Source: an uncultured Gammaproteobacteria bacterium (GTDB taxonomy: Bacteria; Patescibacteriota; Patescibacteriia; Magasanikbacterales; UBA922). Taken from it: a stretch of DNA of 64,000 nt. The stretch covers positions 54,360-118,359 of the forward strand of contig CAZFUL010000004.1 of NCBI GenBank assembly GCA_964522435.1, read 5' to 3'. The translations under genes were made by a program, and so were the position numbers. Numbering within the stretch: position 1 is the first letter of the stretch; the number at the start of each line of letters is the position of its first letter. This document shows positions 27,936 through 39,122 of the stretch, piece after piece. The notes below the pieces were generated by a model, which was not told the DNA's origin, ran no database searches, and worked only from the letters and a program-made list of their open reading frames with translations.

Positions 27936-28685
27936 ATGGCAGCATTTTTTAACGCTATTTTATATCAACCTATTTTTAATCTGTTTGTTGGGCTTTATAC
28001 CGCTATTCCTGATGTGGGTGTGGTTATTGTGATTATTACCTTATTGATTAAGGTGTTATTGTATCCATCAACAAAAAAATCAATTATTGCGCAACGATCG
28101 TTGCAAGAATTACAACCAAAATTAGAAGAATTAAAAAAACAATATAAAGACAATCAACAAACCTTGGCGCAAGAAACCATGAAGATGTACAAGGAACATA
28201 AAGTGAATCCACTTGGTTCTTGTTTACCTATTTTGATTCAATTGCCAATCTTTCTTGCACTATATTGGGTGTTTAGAGACGGGTTAACAAGCGATAATTT
28301 TGAGCAATTATATTCGTTTATTCCGAATCCTGGCCATATTAACTCAATGAGTTTTGGTATTTTTGATTTAAGTAAACCGTCCATTGTTCTTGCGGTTCTT
28401 GCAGGGGGAGCACAATTTTTACAAGCAAAAACGCTTATGCGTCGTCGTCCACCAAGCGCGGCTGGAGATGGTGGTAAAGATGAAAGTATGATGGCGATTA
28501 TGAATAAGCAAATGCTCTATGTGATGCCCGTGATGACCGTGTTGATTGGGACGCAATTGCCAGGTGGCCTTTCGTTATATTGGTTTTTATCTACCTTGTT
28601 TACAGCGATTCAACAATGGTGGTTATTTAAAGATGGGGTAAAACCAGAAGATACCGGCGTGATTGAAGGAAAAATTGTATCATAA
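27936..28685 (+). CDS. yidC: Membrane protein insertase YidC, short Gram-positive/CPR-like form
   Basis: MAAFFNAILYQPIFNLFVGLY; a charged loop with QELQPKLEELKKQYKDNQQ; LPILIQLPIFLALYWV. 249 aa with no large periplasmic domain. Confidence 0.85.
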   Translation: MAAFFNAILYQPIFNLFVGLYTAIPDVGVVIVIITLLIKVLLYPSTKKSIIAQRSLQELQPKLEELKKQYKDNQQTLAQETMKMYKEHKVNPLGSCLPILIQLPIFLALYWVFRDGLTSDNFEQLYSFIPNPGHINSMSFGIFDLSKPSIVLAVLAGGAQFLQAKTLMRRRPPSAAGDGGKDESMMAIMNKQMLYVMPVMTVLIGTQLPGGLSLYWFLSTLFTAIQQWWLFKDGVKPEDTGVIEGKIVS

Positions 28686-28700
28686 TTACTATACCCAGAT

Positions 28701-28997
28701 ATGCGATTTACTATAAAACAGTTAAAAAAAATGACCGTTGAGACATTATCTGGGATTGTCTTAGGAAAAGTAGTAGATGTTGTTATTGATGATGAGGGAC
28801 AGCACATTGTCCAGTATGAAGTAAAAAGAAGTCTAACAACAGTATACCTCATTAGTCGGGATCAAGTGGCTTCGTTTGAGGCAAATAAACTATTTGTCTA
28901 CGATACAGCGCTAGGAAAAGAAGAAAAAAGAAAAATAGCTCCGACCAGTCGCAGAGCAATGGACCCTGCTGCGGCACTCGATACAGACTCTGCCTAG
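28701..28997 (+). CDS. Small hypothetical protein (possibly a PRC-barrel-like fold)
   Basis: 98-aa ORF directly after yidC, ending in a charged tail. Assignment is weak. Confidence 0.3.
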   Translation: MRFTIKQLKKMTVETLSGIVLGKVVDVVIDDEGQHIVQYEVKRSLTTVYLISRDQVASFEANKLFVYDTALGKEEKRKIAPTSRRAMDPAAALDTDSA

Positions 28998-29021
28998 TCG
29001 CCTACCCAGGCGACTTTTTTT
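28996..29021 (+). terminator. Intrinsic terminator
   Basis: AGTCGCCTacccAGGCGACTttttttt. Confidence 0.75.
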
Positions 29022-29023
29022 AT

Positions 29024-29986
29024 TTGTATCGTTGCGCTACACTAGGGGGGTCTATGATCCATCCTCTTGAACAATCTATTATACAAACGCTTGCGTATTT
29101 TTCTCTTTTTTCGTATCCACTGACGAAACGAGAATTGCAGCGCTACTTATTGAACATTGATGCGCAGATGAACGATATTGAGCAGGCGCTTATTTCTTTG
29201 CAGCAGCAACAACAAATTGTTGTAATATCTCAACATATTTGGTTAGCAAAAGAAAAAGATACTCCTCTCCTGGTTCGGCAACAGCGCTTTTGGTACGCAA
29301 AACAACGCCTCGATATTGCCAAACGGGCGGCAAAAAAACTTCGCTATATTCCCTTTATTCAGGCAGTGTTTGTGTGTAATCAATTACACATTACTGCGCA
29401 TAAGGGGAGTGATATTGATGTGTTCATTATTGTGAAGCGCAATCATATATGGATGGCACGTTTGCTTGCAACACTGTGGTTGAGTCTTTTAGGCATGCGT
29501 CGTCATGGCAGTACGATAGATAACCATATTTGTCTGAGTTTTTTTTGTACCGACGATGCGTTAGATATGGCTCGGGTTGCGCTTCCTGATGATATCTATC
29601 TTGCGTATTGGCTTGATATCTTGATTCCGGTGTTTGATCCCGATAGCTATCGAGAAAAAATAATACAAGAAAATGCTTGGGCAAAAAAGATGATACCCAA
29701 ATTAGGCCAGCCCCCACATATTGATACGCAGTGTATTCCTGACACGCGATACGCTGCCGCTATGCGTAGCATAGGAGAAAGGTTTTTGTATAGTTGGATT
29801 GGGAAAAAAATTTCCGCTTATAGTAAATATTTGCAAGTACAAAAAATGAAAAAAAACGTTCATAGCAAGCATGGTCAGACGAGCACCGATGTGGTGATCG
29901 ATGACACCATGTTAAAGTTTCATGAACGAGATCGTCGAGCCTATTATCGTGATGCATGGAAAGCTGTATGTAAGCGCTATGAATAA
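29024..29986 (+). CDS. Nucleotidyltransferase-domain protein (Pol-beta superfamily), hypothetical
   Basis: HKGSDIDVFIIV matches the minimal nucleotidyltransferase [GS]x(n)DxD signature. The rest is unassigned. Confidence 0.4.
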   Translation: MYRCATLGGSMIHPLEQSIIQTLAYFSLFSYPLTKRELQRYLLNIDAQMNDIEQALISLQQQQQIVVISQHIWLAKEKDTPLLVRQQRFWYAKQRLDIAKRAAKKLRYIPFIQAVFVCNQLHITAHKGSDIDVFIIVKRNHIWMARLLATLWLSLLGMRRHGSTIDNHICLSFFCTDDALDMARVALPDDIYLAYWLDILIPVFDPDSYREKIIQENAWAKKMIPKLGQPPHIDTQCIPDTRYAAAMRSIGERFLYSWIGKKISAYSKYLQVQKMKKNVHSKHGQTSTDVVIDDTMLKFHERDRRAYYRDAWKAVCKRYE

Positions 29987-30017
29987 TGAACTTGTTCACA
30001 AAAATATCTATTCTGTT

Positions 30018-31298
30018 ATGGAGCGAATCCTTTTTTATGGATGGCTTCTTTTTTTATTTGTCTTTCCCTGGCAAAGCATTTGGTTATTGCGCGAGGTATA
30101 TAGTGATGGCGTAAAATCGCAATATGCAACGCTCGGCATCTATGCAACCGAAGGAGTGATTGTGCTGTTGTTCATACTTGGCTTGTGTCTTTTTTTTAGC
30201 AAAGCAAACATAATACGATCCAAACGGCTTGGGTACGCTCGCGTTACTATAGTCATGCTCTTTTTCCTCTATGCTGCAATACAGTTAACACGCGCAAGCG
30301 ATCTGTGGCTAAGCGTCCAAACACTGCGGTATATGCTTGAAGCTGCTGCGGTTATATGGATAGGGCTGCATATGCAGCATGAGAAGCAGCAATCGCTTTG
30401 GGCACTCTTCTTTGGAATTCTTTTTTGTGCGATTATCGGTATGGTTCAATTTTTTACTCAAGAACGATTTTCTTCTGTGCTGTTGGGTATGCATGCGGCG
30501 CCTGTTTTTGAGGCAGGAACATCGGTGGTGGTTGATGCGACCGGGCGGTGGTTGCGTGCCTATGGTCTGTTTGCGCACCCAAATATCTTTGGTGGCAGTA
30601 TGGTGCTCGGGCTATTTGTTTGTACGCAGCTGCTCCTCTCCTATACAAAAAAAACAACACAGGGATTCCTCTTATTTGCCGGGGGAATATGTAGTGTTGG
30701 GCTGTACCTGAGTTATAGTCGTAGTGCGTGGCTTGCTGCTATGGTGTTGGGTATTGCTCTCTTGTTGCATATACAGGTACGGGAAAAAATAAAAACGTTG
30801 TTTCTTATCTATTGTGTTGTCTGGGGCATACTGACGGCATTGTTGCCATCCCTTATGCTCACGAGAATGTTTCCTGTGCGTATGCATGAAACAGCGTCAT
30901 TGCACGAACGAATTGCCGGGGGAGAAGAAGCGTTGCACCTCATTGCCCAAGCGCCGGTCTTGGGGGTGGGGATCGGTCACTACACCCAAGCGCTACAACA
31001 ATATATGCCTGATATGCCCATCTGGTATTACCAGCCAGTACATATGGTACCGCTGCTGTTTTTGGCAGAATGGGGGATTGTTGGACTGCTACTTGTTGCG
31101 GCACTGCTTATATATTTCTGTGTTAGTCAAAAAATAACGCAGAAGGTTGCCTGGAGTATGTTGCTTGTGCCTGTTGTTCCTATCATGCTATTTGATCATT
31201 ATTTGTATTCATCTTTTGCAGGGCTATTGCTGCTTTCTTTATGGATATTGCTTGTGCACAGCTATGTCCACAGCTTGTCCCCCTCTAACGCGGAATAG
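30018..31298 (+). CDS. O-antigen ligase/polymerase-like polytopic membrane protein
   Basis: About 10 TM segments with a large external loop (RMHETASLHERIAGGEEALHLIAQAPVLGVGIGHY) near the C-terminus, as in the WaaL/Wzy-like family. The start is uncertain (29922, 29979 or 30018). Confidence 0.5.
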   Translation: MERILFYGWLLFLFVFPWQSIWLLREVYSDGVKSQYATLGIYATEGVIVLLFILGLCLFFSKANIIRSKRLGYARVTIVMLFFLYAAIQLTRASDLWLSVQTLRYMLEAAAVIWIGLHMQHEKQQSLWALFFGILFCAIIGMVQFFTQERFSSVLLGMHAAPVFEAGTSVVVDATGRWLRAYGLFAHPNIFGGSMVLGLFVCTQLLLSYTKKTTQGFLLFAGGICSVGLYLSYSRSAWLAAMVLGIALLLHIQVREKIKTLFLIYCVVWGILTALLPSLMLTRMFPVRMHETASLHERIAGGEEALHLIAQAPVLGVGIGHYTQALQQYMPDMPIWYYQPVHMVPLLFLAEWGIVGLLLVAALLIYFCVSQKITQKVAWSMLLVPVVPIMLFDHYLYSSFAGLLLLSLWILLVHSYVHSLSPSNAE

Positions 31299-31530
31299 CT
31301 TCTTTTTGTTCATTGACAAAGAGCTGTTTCCATGAAAAAATACATACCTACAGAAAAAGCCCAACGGCGGCAGTAAACACATCTGTTTGTCATTTGATAT
31401 CGTGTTTTCGACAGGCATCACGGTATCTTGTAATGAGCGGCATGATGAGTTTACCGCCACCATTGGGCTTTTTTGTTCACAAAAGAAGCACTTGACAAGA
31501 AGACAACAGTTTGCAAAAATAGGGGTGATC

Positions 31531-31555
31531 TATCACTCTCATGTGTAGAGTGATA
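31531..31555 (+). promoter_or_regulatory. CIRCE-like inverted repeat (candidate HrcA-type operator) upstream of groES
   Basis: TATCACTC-N9-GAGTGATA. The arms are perfect 8 bp and the spacer is exactly 9 nt, as in canonical CIRCE (TTAGCACTC-N9-GAGTGCTAA). It lies about 30 nt upstream of the groES ATG and downstream of TTGACA (31492-31497). Confidence 0.5.
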
Positions 31556-31587
31556 CTACATATATTATTCATTAACCTAAGTATTAT

Positions 31588-33560
<1,973 letters not shown>

Positions 33561-33574
33561 TTCTCTTTTGTATA

Positions 33575-33602
33575 AAAAACCCCGACTCAATCGGGGTTTT
33601 TA
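33575..33602 (+). terminator. Intrinsic terminator after groEL
   Basis: aaaaaaCCCCGActcaaTCGGGGttttt. Confidence 0.8.
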
Positions 33603-33641
33603 GTTGCAGGAATTTATTAATTCTGTATACTGATACCTACT

Positions 33642-34754
33642 ATGACCTTTCACGAACTGCGTGATGGAGTTGATCGTATCCTCACCCAAATACAAGAATT
33701 AGAGCGGTTGTTACGTATTGCTCAAAAAAAAGAAACCATAGCGCAGCTTGTTGAACAAAGCGGAATGCCTTCTTTTTGGAATAATCCAGAAGAAGCCAAG
33801 CGTCAGTCACAGGTATTAAATGGACTCCAAACAACCGTACAGCGCTGGGAAACCATGGTAGCGGATGCACAAGATATTGATGGTTTTTTGACACTAGAAG
33901 GCGAGAGTATGTCTGAGGATGTACAAATGCAACTAAGTAAACAATATCAAGATCTTCAACAACGGTATGATGACTTATCGTTTCAAACGCTCTTGTCTGG
34001 AAAATATGATGATCACAATGCCATTGTGAGTATTCATGCAGGTGCGGGGGGAACCGAAGCGCAAGATTGGGCAAGTATGTTGTTGCGGATGATTATGCGC
34101 TATAGTGAATCAAAAGGCTGGCGAGTGACCTTATTAGACGAATCTAAAGGACAAGAAGCAGGAATAAAATCAGTGACGCTTCGTATAGAAGGATCCTATG
34201 CCTACGGCTATATACAGTCTGAACATGGGACGCATCGCCTGGTACGTATTTCTCCGTTTGATGCAGAGTCTATGCGGCACACCTCGTTTGCGAATATTGA
34301 AGTCATTCCAGAAATGGAAGCGCAGGAAGCTGTCACCATTGATCCAAAAGATGTACGTATTGATACCTTTTTAGCCAGTGGAAAAGGGGGACAAAGTGTT
34401 AACACCACCTATTCCGCGGTGCGCGTCGTGCATCTTCCAACCGGTATTGCCGTTTCTTGTCAAAACGAACGCTCGCAGCAACAAAATAAAGAAACCGCAT
34501 TTAAAATTTTGCAATCTAAGTTACAAGTCCTCCAGGATCAAGAAGAAGAAAAACAACGACAACAATTACGTGGCGAAGTAAAAAGTGCTGAATGGGGAAA
34601 CCAAATTCGCTCCTATGTCTTGCATCCCTATAAAATGGTGAAAGATCTTCGCACAAAAAAAGAAAGTACGAATCCGGAAGAGGTATTAAACGGAGAATTA
34701 GATGATTTTATGAGAGCATATTTACGCTGGAAAAAAGAAGGCCAAATAACCTAA
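33642..34754 (+). CDS. prfB: Peptide chain release factor 2 (contiguous, no programmed frameshift)
   Basis: The SPF tripeptide (RISPFDAES) marks RF2. GGQ motif SGKGGQSVNTTYSAVRVVHLPTG. Single uninterrupted 370-aa frame. Confidence 0.9.
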   Translation: MTFHELRDGVDRILTQIQELERLLRIAQKKETIAQLVEQSGMPSFWNNPEEAKRQSQVLNGLQTTVQRWETMVADAQDIDGFLTLEGESMSEDVQMQLSKQYQDLQQRYDDLSFQTLLSGKYDDHNAIVSIHAGAGGTEAQDWASMLLRMIMRYSESKGWRVTLLDESKGQEAGIKSVTLRIEGSYAYGYIQSEHGTHRLVRISPFDAESMRHTSFANIEVIPEMEAQEAVTIDPKDVRIDTFLASGKGGQSVNTTYSAVRVVHLPTGIAVSCQNERSQQQNKETAFKILQSKLQVLQDQEEEKQRQQLRGEVKSAEWGNQIRSYVLHPYKMVKDLRTKKESTNPEEVLNGELDDFMRAYLRWKKEGQIT

Positions 34755-34756
34755 CT

Positions 34757-35368
34757 ATGAACATTATTTCTGAACAAGCATATTCCTTGCCGGCAATTCT
34801 TACGGCAATACAAGAAGGCAAAACCATTGTCTATCCAACAGAAACCTGTTATGGATTAGGTTGTGATGCGACAAATGCGGCAGCCGTACAACAGGTTTTT
34901 GCCATTAAACAACGACAAAAAGAAAAATCGGTTCTTATGCTTATGGAAGATATTGCTATGGCAACAGACTATGTGATGTGGAATGACACCTTACAAAAGT
35001 TTGCTCGCCGTTATTGGCCAGGACCAGTGACCTTTGTTGCGTATAAACGCGAGGACGTGTGGTTGCCAGAAGGGGTTATTGGTGCTGATGATACCTTGGC
35101 ATTTCGAGTATCGAGTCATGGGGTTCCCACGGCGATTGTTAGCGCCCTCAAACGTCCACTTGTATCGACCTCGGCAAATATTGCATCGCACGCGAGTCCG
35201 TATGATGTGGAAACCATTATTCATGACTTTCAAGATCAGACCGCACAGCCGGATATTATTATTGATGCGGGAGCGCTTCCAGAACAAATGCCCTCTACCA
35301 TTGTGCGTGTAGAAGAAAGTGGTGAATGGGAAATTATGCGTCAAGGATCAGTAATTATTACGGAATAA
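34757..35368 (+). CDS. tsaC: L-threonylcarbamoyladenylate synthase (TsaC/YrdC family)
   Basis: IVYPTETCYGLGCDATN...VFAIKQR (YrdC signature). About 200 aa, single-domain form. Confidence 0.8.
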   Translation: MNIISEQAYSLPAILTAIQEGKTIVYPTETCYGLGCDATNAAAVQQVFAIKQRQKEKSVLMLMEDIAMATDYVMWNDTLQKFARRYWPGPVTFVAYKREDVWLPEGVIGADDTLAFRVSSHGVPTAIVSALKRPLVSTSANIASHASPYDVETIIHDFQDQTAQPDIIIDAGALPEQMPSTIVRVEESGEWEIMRQGSVIITE

Positions 35369-35380
35369 CTATTAGCTGCT

Positions 35381-36535
35381 ATGCGTCGTCCTGTTTCATC
35401 TGCGTTTATCTGGAGTATGTGTATTGCGGTAAGCATCACCGCTGCAGGGCTTATTTGTATATGGCAGTACGGAACAGAACAAGCAATAGAAGCAACAACC
35501 ACACAACTGCTGATACAAGAAGAAGCATTTGTACGACAGATAACACAACAAGAATCATTGTTGTGGCATGCGCAAACTCCTCCGGTAATAAAAGGAATCT
35601 ATTTGACAGCATACTCTGCAGGGAGTGCGGCAAAAAGAAAAGAAATGATTGAGTTGATTAGTACGACAGAATTAAATGCCGTGGTGATTGATATAAAAGA
35701 TTATAGTGGTGCGATATTATATGATAGCGACATTGCCCTGGTAGAAGAAATAGGCGCCGAGGATAATAGATTAGGCGACATTGCTAACGTGATTGCTGAA
35801 TTTCATGATGCGGGAATGTATGTGATTGCCAGACAAACCGTGTTTCAAGATCCGTTATTGGCACAAAAAAAACCCGAATGGGCGTTACAACAACTGGGTG
35901 GTGGTCTATGGAGAGATTATAAAGGATTAGCCTGGGTTGATCCCAATGAACAAGCCGTGTGGGAATACAATATGGCCATAGCAACAGAAGCCGCATCTCT
36001 TGGCTTTGATGAAATTAATTTGGATTATGTTCGCTTTCCCTCAGATGGCAATACCAGCCAAATTGTGTACACGCATACAGGGGAGAAACATGATGTGATG
36101 AAGGCATTTTATACCTATGTAGGCGATACCTTTGATTCGTTACAGGCCTGGGTTTCCTTAGATCTTTTTGGTTTTGTGATGGAACGCCATGATGGTATGA
36201 ATATCGGGCAGCGCTTAGAAGATGCGGTTGATACGGTTGATTATATTTCTCCGATGATGTATCCCTCTCATTATCCCTCAGGCCATTTAGGACTAGATAA
36301 TCCTGCTGCCGCACCATTTGTGGTTATTGATAATGGCATGCAAAAAGGGTTGCCCTATTTTGTTGATCGTCGGGCACAAGTGCGACCATGGATTCAAGCC
36401 TTTCATTTAGGGGCTCGGTATGATGCCGCAAATATTCGGGCACAAATTGATGCAATTGAACAGTATGATAATGCGGGTTGGTTGTTGTGGAATGCCTCTA
36501 ATCGCTATAGTAACGCAGGATTATTGCAAGAATAA
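35381..36535 (+). CDS. Hypothetical protein, possible TIM-barrel glycoside-hydrolase-like (GHL/DUF4015-like) with an N-terminal membrane anchor
   Basis: N-terminal hydrophobic segment. ...EINLDYVRFPSDGN... resembles the DY(I/V)RFP motif of DUF4015-type putative glycosidases. Low certainty. Confidence 0.35.
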   Translation: MRRPVSSAFIWSMCIAVSITAAGLICIWQYGTEQAIEATTTQLLIQEEAFVRQITQQESLLWHAQTPPVIKGIYLTAYSAGSAAKRKEMIELISTTELNAVVIDIKDYSGAILYDSDIALVEEIGAEDNRLGDIANVIAEFHDAGMYVIARQTVFQDPLLAQKKPEWALQQLGGGLWRDYKGLAWVDPNEQAVWEYNMAIATEAASLGFDEINLDYVRFPSDGNTSQIVYTHTGEKHDVMKAFYTYVGDTFDSLQAWVSLDLFGFVMERHDGMNIGQRLEDAVDTVDYISPMMYPSHYPSGHLGLDNPAAAPFVVIDNGMQKGLPYFVDRRAQVRPWIQAFHLGARYDAANIRAQIDAIEQYDNAGWLLWNASNRYSNAGLLQE

Positions 36536-36538
36536 CCT

Positions 36539-37369
36539 ATGGTATATACCCCAAGTACATTAAAAGAATTGTGTCAACGCTATGGGTTTTCTCCTTCAAA
36601 AGCCTATGGGCAAAATTATTTAATTTCAGAAAAACCCATAACCGCCATGATTGCCGCGGCCAATATTCAAAAAGAAGATGTTGTTATAGAAATTGGTCCT
36701 GGCTTTGGCATGCTTACGCACGCGCTTGCGCCGGTAGCAAAAAAAGTGATTTGTTTTGAAATAGAAAAACAATTGCAGCCATATTGGGATGAACATGCGC
36801 CAACCAATGTAGACATTATTTGGGGAAATGCTTTGCATCATCTCGCAAGCATAACGAAGGAGCTACAACGCTATAAAGTGGTCGCCAATGTTCCGTACCA
36901 AATTACGTCCCAGTTACTGCGTGTCTTGCTAGAATTAGATAATCCACCAGAAGATATTGTGGTTATGGTGCAAAAAGAAGTGGCAGAGAGAATGTGCGAT
37001 GCCCCTGGGTCTATGAGCATGCTGGCGGTGTCTGTGCAATATTATGGCGCTGTATCGGTAGTGATGAATGTCACCAAAGGAAATTTTTGGCCAATGCCAA
37101 AAGTGCATTCTGCGGTTGTTCATATTAAGATAAAAAAATCTGACTATACCAAAGAGCAAGAAGCGGCATTTTTTCGTCTGGTAAAAGTAGGATTCTCAAA
37201 TAAAAGAAAACAATTGCGCCACAATATTATGCATGCCTATCCTATTGATGATACGACTCTTCGAAAGATCCTTCATGATATTTCTGGATCAGATATGGTT
37301 CGTGCCCAAGAACTATCGATTGATCAATGGAAACAACTAACAAGCGCTCTTCAGCCATATCACCAATAA
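36539..37369 (+). CDS. rsmA: 16S rRNA (adenine1518/1519-N6)-dimethyltransferase
   Basis: YGQNYLI; SAM-binding EIGPGFGMLT; VVANVPYQITSQLL (NxPY-type catalytic motif). Confidence 0.85.
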   Translation: MVYTPSTLKELCQRYGFSPSKAYGQNYLISEKPITAMIAAANIQKEDVVIEIGPGFGMLTHALAPVAKKVICFEIEKQLQPYWDEHAPTNVDIIWGNALHHLASITKELQRYKVVANVPYQITSQLLRVLLELDNPPEDIVVMVQKEVAERMCDAPGSMSMLAVSVQYYGAVSVVMNVTKGNFWPMPKVHSAVVHIKIKKSDYTKEQEAAFFRLVKVGFSNKRKQLRHNIMHAYPIDDTTLRKILHDISGSDMVRAQELSIDQWKQLTSALQPYHQ

Positions 37370-37370
37370 T

Positions 37371-38258
37371 ATGTCTCTACAATATATTTTTTATTACGGC
37401 AGTTATCTGGTTTGGCCATTTCTTCTTTTATTATTGTGGCTTTGGAAAAAAAGATGGCATCGTTTGTTGCTCATCATTGGGTTGTGTTTAAGTATCTTGT
37501 TCATTGATGCGCGTTTTGTTGAGCCTCGCCTCATACAAATCAATGAGCACAGCTATCGTTTTCATGATACGGCAACAACCGCTCTTCGTGTGGCACTTAT
37601 ATCAGATATGCACATAGGGGTATATCGATCTTCGGCTTTTTTACAAAAAGAAATCGAAACAATTCAGGAACTGCAACCAGATATGGTGTTTATTGCAGGG
37701 GATTTTATTTATTATTTATCTGAAAAAGATGTGAGCACTGTTTTTTCTGCCTATCGGGAGTTGGGCATTCCTATATATGCCGTAGCAGGCAATCATGATT
37801 CACAACATCCTGGAGATATTGCGAGTGCTGTTATGCGAGAGCGGTTATCTGCGCAGGGGATTACCTTTATTGATAATACACAACAGACGATTACTCATGA
37901 AGGAAAAGAGCTGAGCATATTTGGTTTAAGTGATTTATGGGAAGGCACGATTGATTTTTCGGCACTCAGCGCAGTGGAAGAATCAGAAAATAGTTTAGTC
38001 CTCATGCATAACCCTGACACCATATATCATTTTCCCACAGAGTCAGCTGACCTCGTGTTTGCTGGCCATACCCATGCGGGACAAGTGCGTATTCCATGGC
38101 TCTATCGTTTTGTTATTCCGAGTCAGTATGGATTTGATAACGGATGGTACGAAGTAAAACATATGGATTTGTTTATTACTGCCGGGACGGGTATGGTTGG
38201 GATACCCCTGAGATTTTTGAATCCGCCACAAATAGAGCTATTTACCTTGTGGTTGTAG
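37371..38258 (+). CDS. Membrane-anchored calcineurin-like metallophosphoesterase
   Basis: N-terminal TM pair. Metal-binding motifs ALISDMHIG, GDFIYY, GNHD, GHTHAGQ. Confidence 0.75.
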   Translation: MSLQYIFYYGSYLVWPFLLLLLWLWKKRWHRLLLIIGLCLSILFIDARFVEPRLIQINEHSYRFHDTATTALRVALISDMHIGVYRSSAFLQKEIETIQELQPDMVFIAGDFIYYLSEKDVSTVFSAYRELGIPIYAVAGNHDSQHPGDIASAVMRERLSAQGITFIDNTQQTITHEGKELSIFGLSDLWEGTIDFSALSAVEESENSLVLMHNPDTIYHFPTESADLVFAGHTHAGQVRIPWLYRFVIPSQYGFDNGWYEVKHMDLFITAGTGMVGIPLRFLNPPQIELFTLWL

Positions 38259-38280
38259 TTGACCTTTTTGTCTATGACTA

Positions 38281-38317
38281 AAAAACCTATGCCGCTACCT
38301 GCGTAGGTTTTTTTATA
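38281..38317 (+). terminator. Intrinsic terminator
   Basis: aaaaACCTatgccgCTACctgcGTAGGTttttttt. Confidence 0.65.
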
Positions 38318-38342
38318 CAAAGTAAATTGTTCACACGTACCA

Positions 38343-38375
38343 TAATTGTTGGTCTGACAAATTTCTGGTATACTA
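38343..38375 (+). promoter_or_regulatory. Candidate promoter with an extended -10 for the 38398 operon (giant-protein locus)
   Basis: TTGTTG, a 17-nt spacer, then TGgTATACT (extended -10), about 25 nt upstream of the ATG at 38398. Confidence 0.45.
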
Positions 38376-38397
38376 CCAAGGATATTATTTTCTCATT

Positions 38398-39105
38398 ATG
38401 GATGAGGTTACGCGTTCGACCACACCACTGAGCACGCATCAAAAAGCAGGCTTTGTGCTCTTGCTTGTTTTTGGTTTATTGGCTGTTGGATTAGGAGCCT
38501 TACAAATGAGAAATACGATTTATAGTCCCTTTGCCTATAAATCACCAACTACGATCGCGCGTACCACAGAGGATTTATTACAAGATGAAACAATTCGATT
38601 ACAATCAATTGATACGGATCAAGATGGTCTGAGTGATTATGAAGAATTGTATTTTTATCAAACCAGTCCGTATATTCCCGATACAGATTCTGATGGCATA
38701 TCAGATAAAGCCGAATTAGATGCCTCAAGTGACCCTACTTGTCCGCAAGGAGCGGTGTGTGATGGCTCGGATCAATTTTTTACCTCACAAGCAAGTAGTA
38801 CCGCAACAACTCCTATGGGGATTCCAAGCGGGTTAGGGGCTGATGGTATTTTGCGCCAAGTAGATACGAGTATTGCGCAAGGTCAAGAAGTAGATTTGGG
38901 TGCGTTGCTTGGCAATGTTGACGCGGTACGAGAAATTATTGCGCAAACAGGAAAAATTCCCAAAGAACAATTAGACCAAATTGATGATCAAACATTATTG
39001 AATTTGGTTATTGAAATAATGGCAGAAGAAGAGACGTCACCGGCTGTCCCATTGCCGACAGAGGAAGCGTCTGCGTCAACAACGTTTGACACAACACTGC
39101 CTTGA
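38398..39105 (+). CDS. Membrane-anchored protein with two canonical EF-hand-type calcium-binding loops
   Basis: TM segment AGFVLLLVFGLLAVGLGALQM. DTDQDGLSDYEE and DTDSDGISDKAE both fit DxDxDGxxxxxE exactly. Acidic C-terminus. Immediately precedes the giant ORF. Confidence 0.55.
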   Translation: MDEVTRSTTPLSTHQKAGFVLLLVFGLLAVGLGALQMRNTIYSPFAYKSPTTIARTTEDLLQDETIRLQSIDTDQDGLSDYEELYFYQTSPYIPDTDSDGISDKAELDASSDPTCPQGAVCDGSDQFFTSQASSTATTPMGIPSGLGADGILRQVDTSIAQGQEVDLGALLGNVDAVREIIAQTGKIPKEQLDQIDDQTLLNLVIEIMAEEETSPAVPLPTEEASASTTFDTTLP

Positions 39106-39122
39106 TATTATCTAGCTACTTT

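Noticed and set aside
31239-31463. 74-aa minus-strand ORF between the ligase-like gene and groES
   Set aside because: It lies inside the long hairpin/terminator structure, has no RBS, and its translation is low complexity. An RNA element is the more likely explanation.
33642-33760. Programmed +1 frameshift site in prfB (CTT TGA C)
   Set aside because: The RF2 frame is continuous from the ATG. No in-frame TGA or shifty site is present near the N-terminus.
39102-39122. TTG start at 39102 for the giant ORF, as implied by the ORF track
   Set aside because: The ATG at 39123 gives a cleaner signal peptide (MRKLFPVALVCLF...) and avoids overlap with the upstream stop. The TTG start cannot be excluded.
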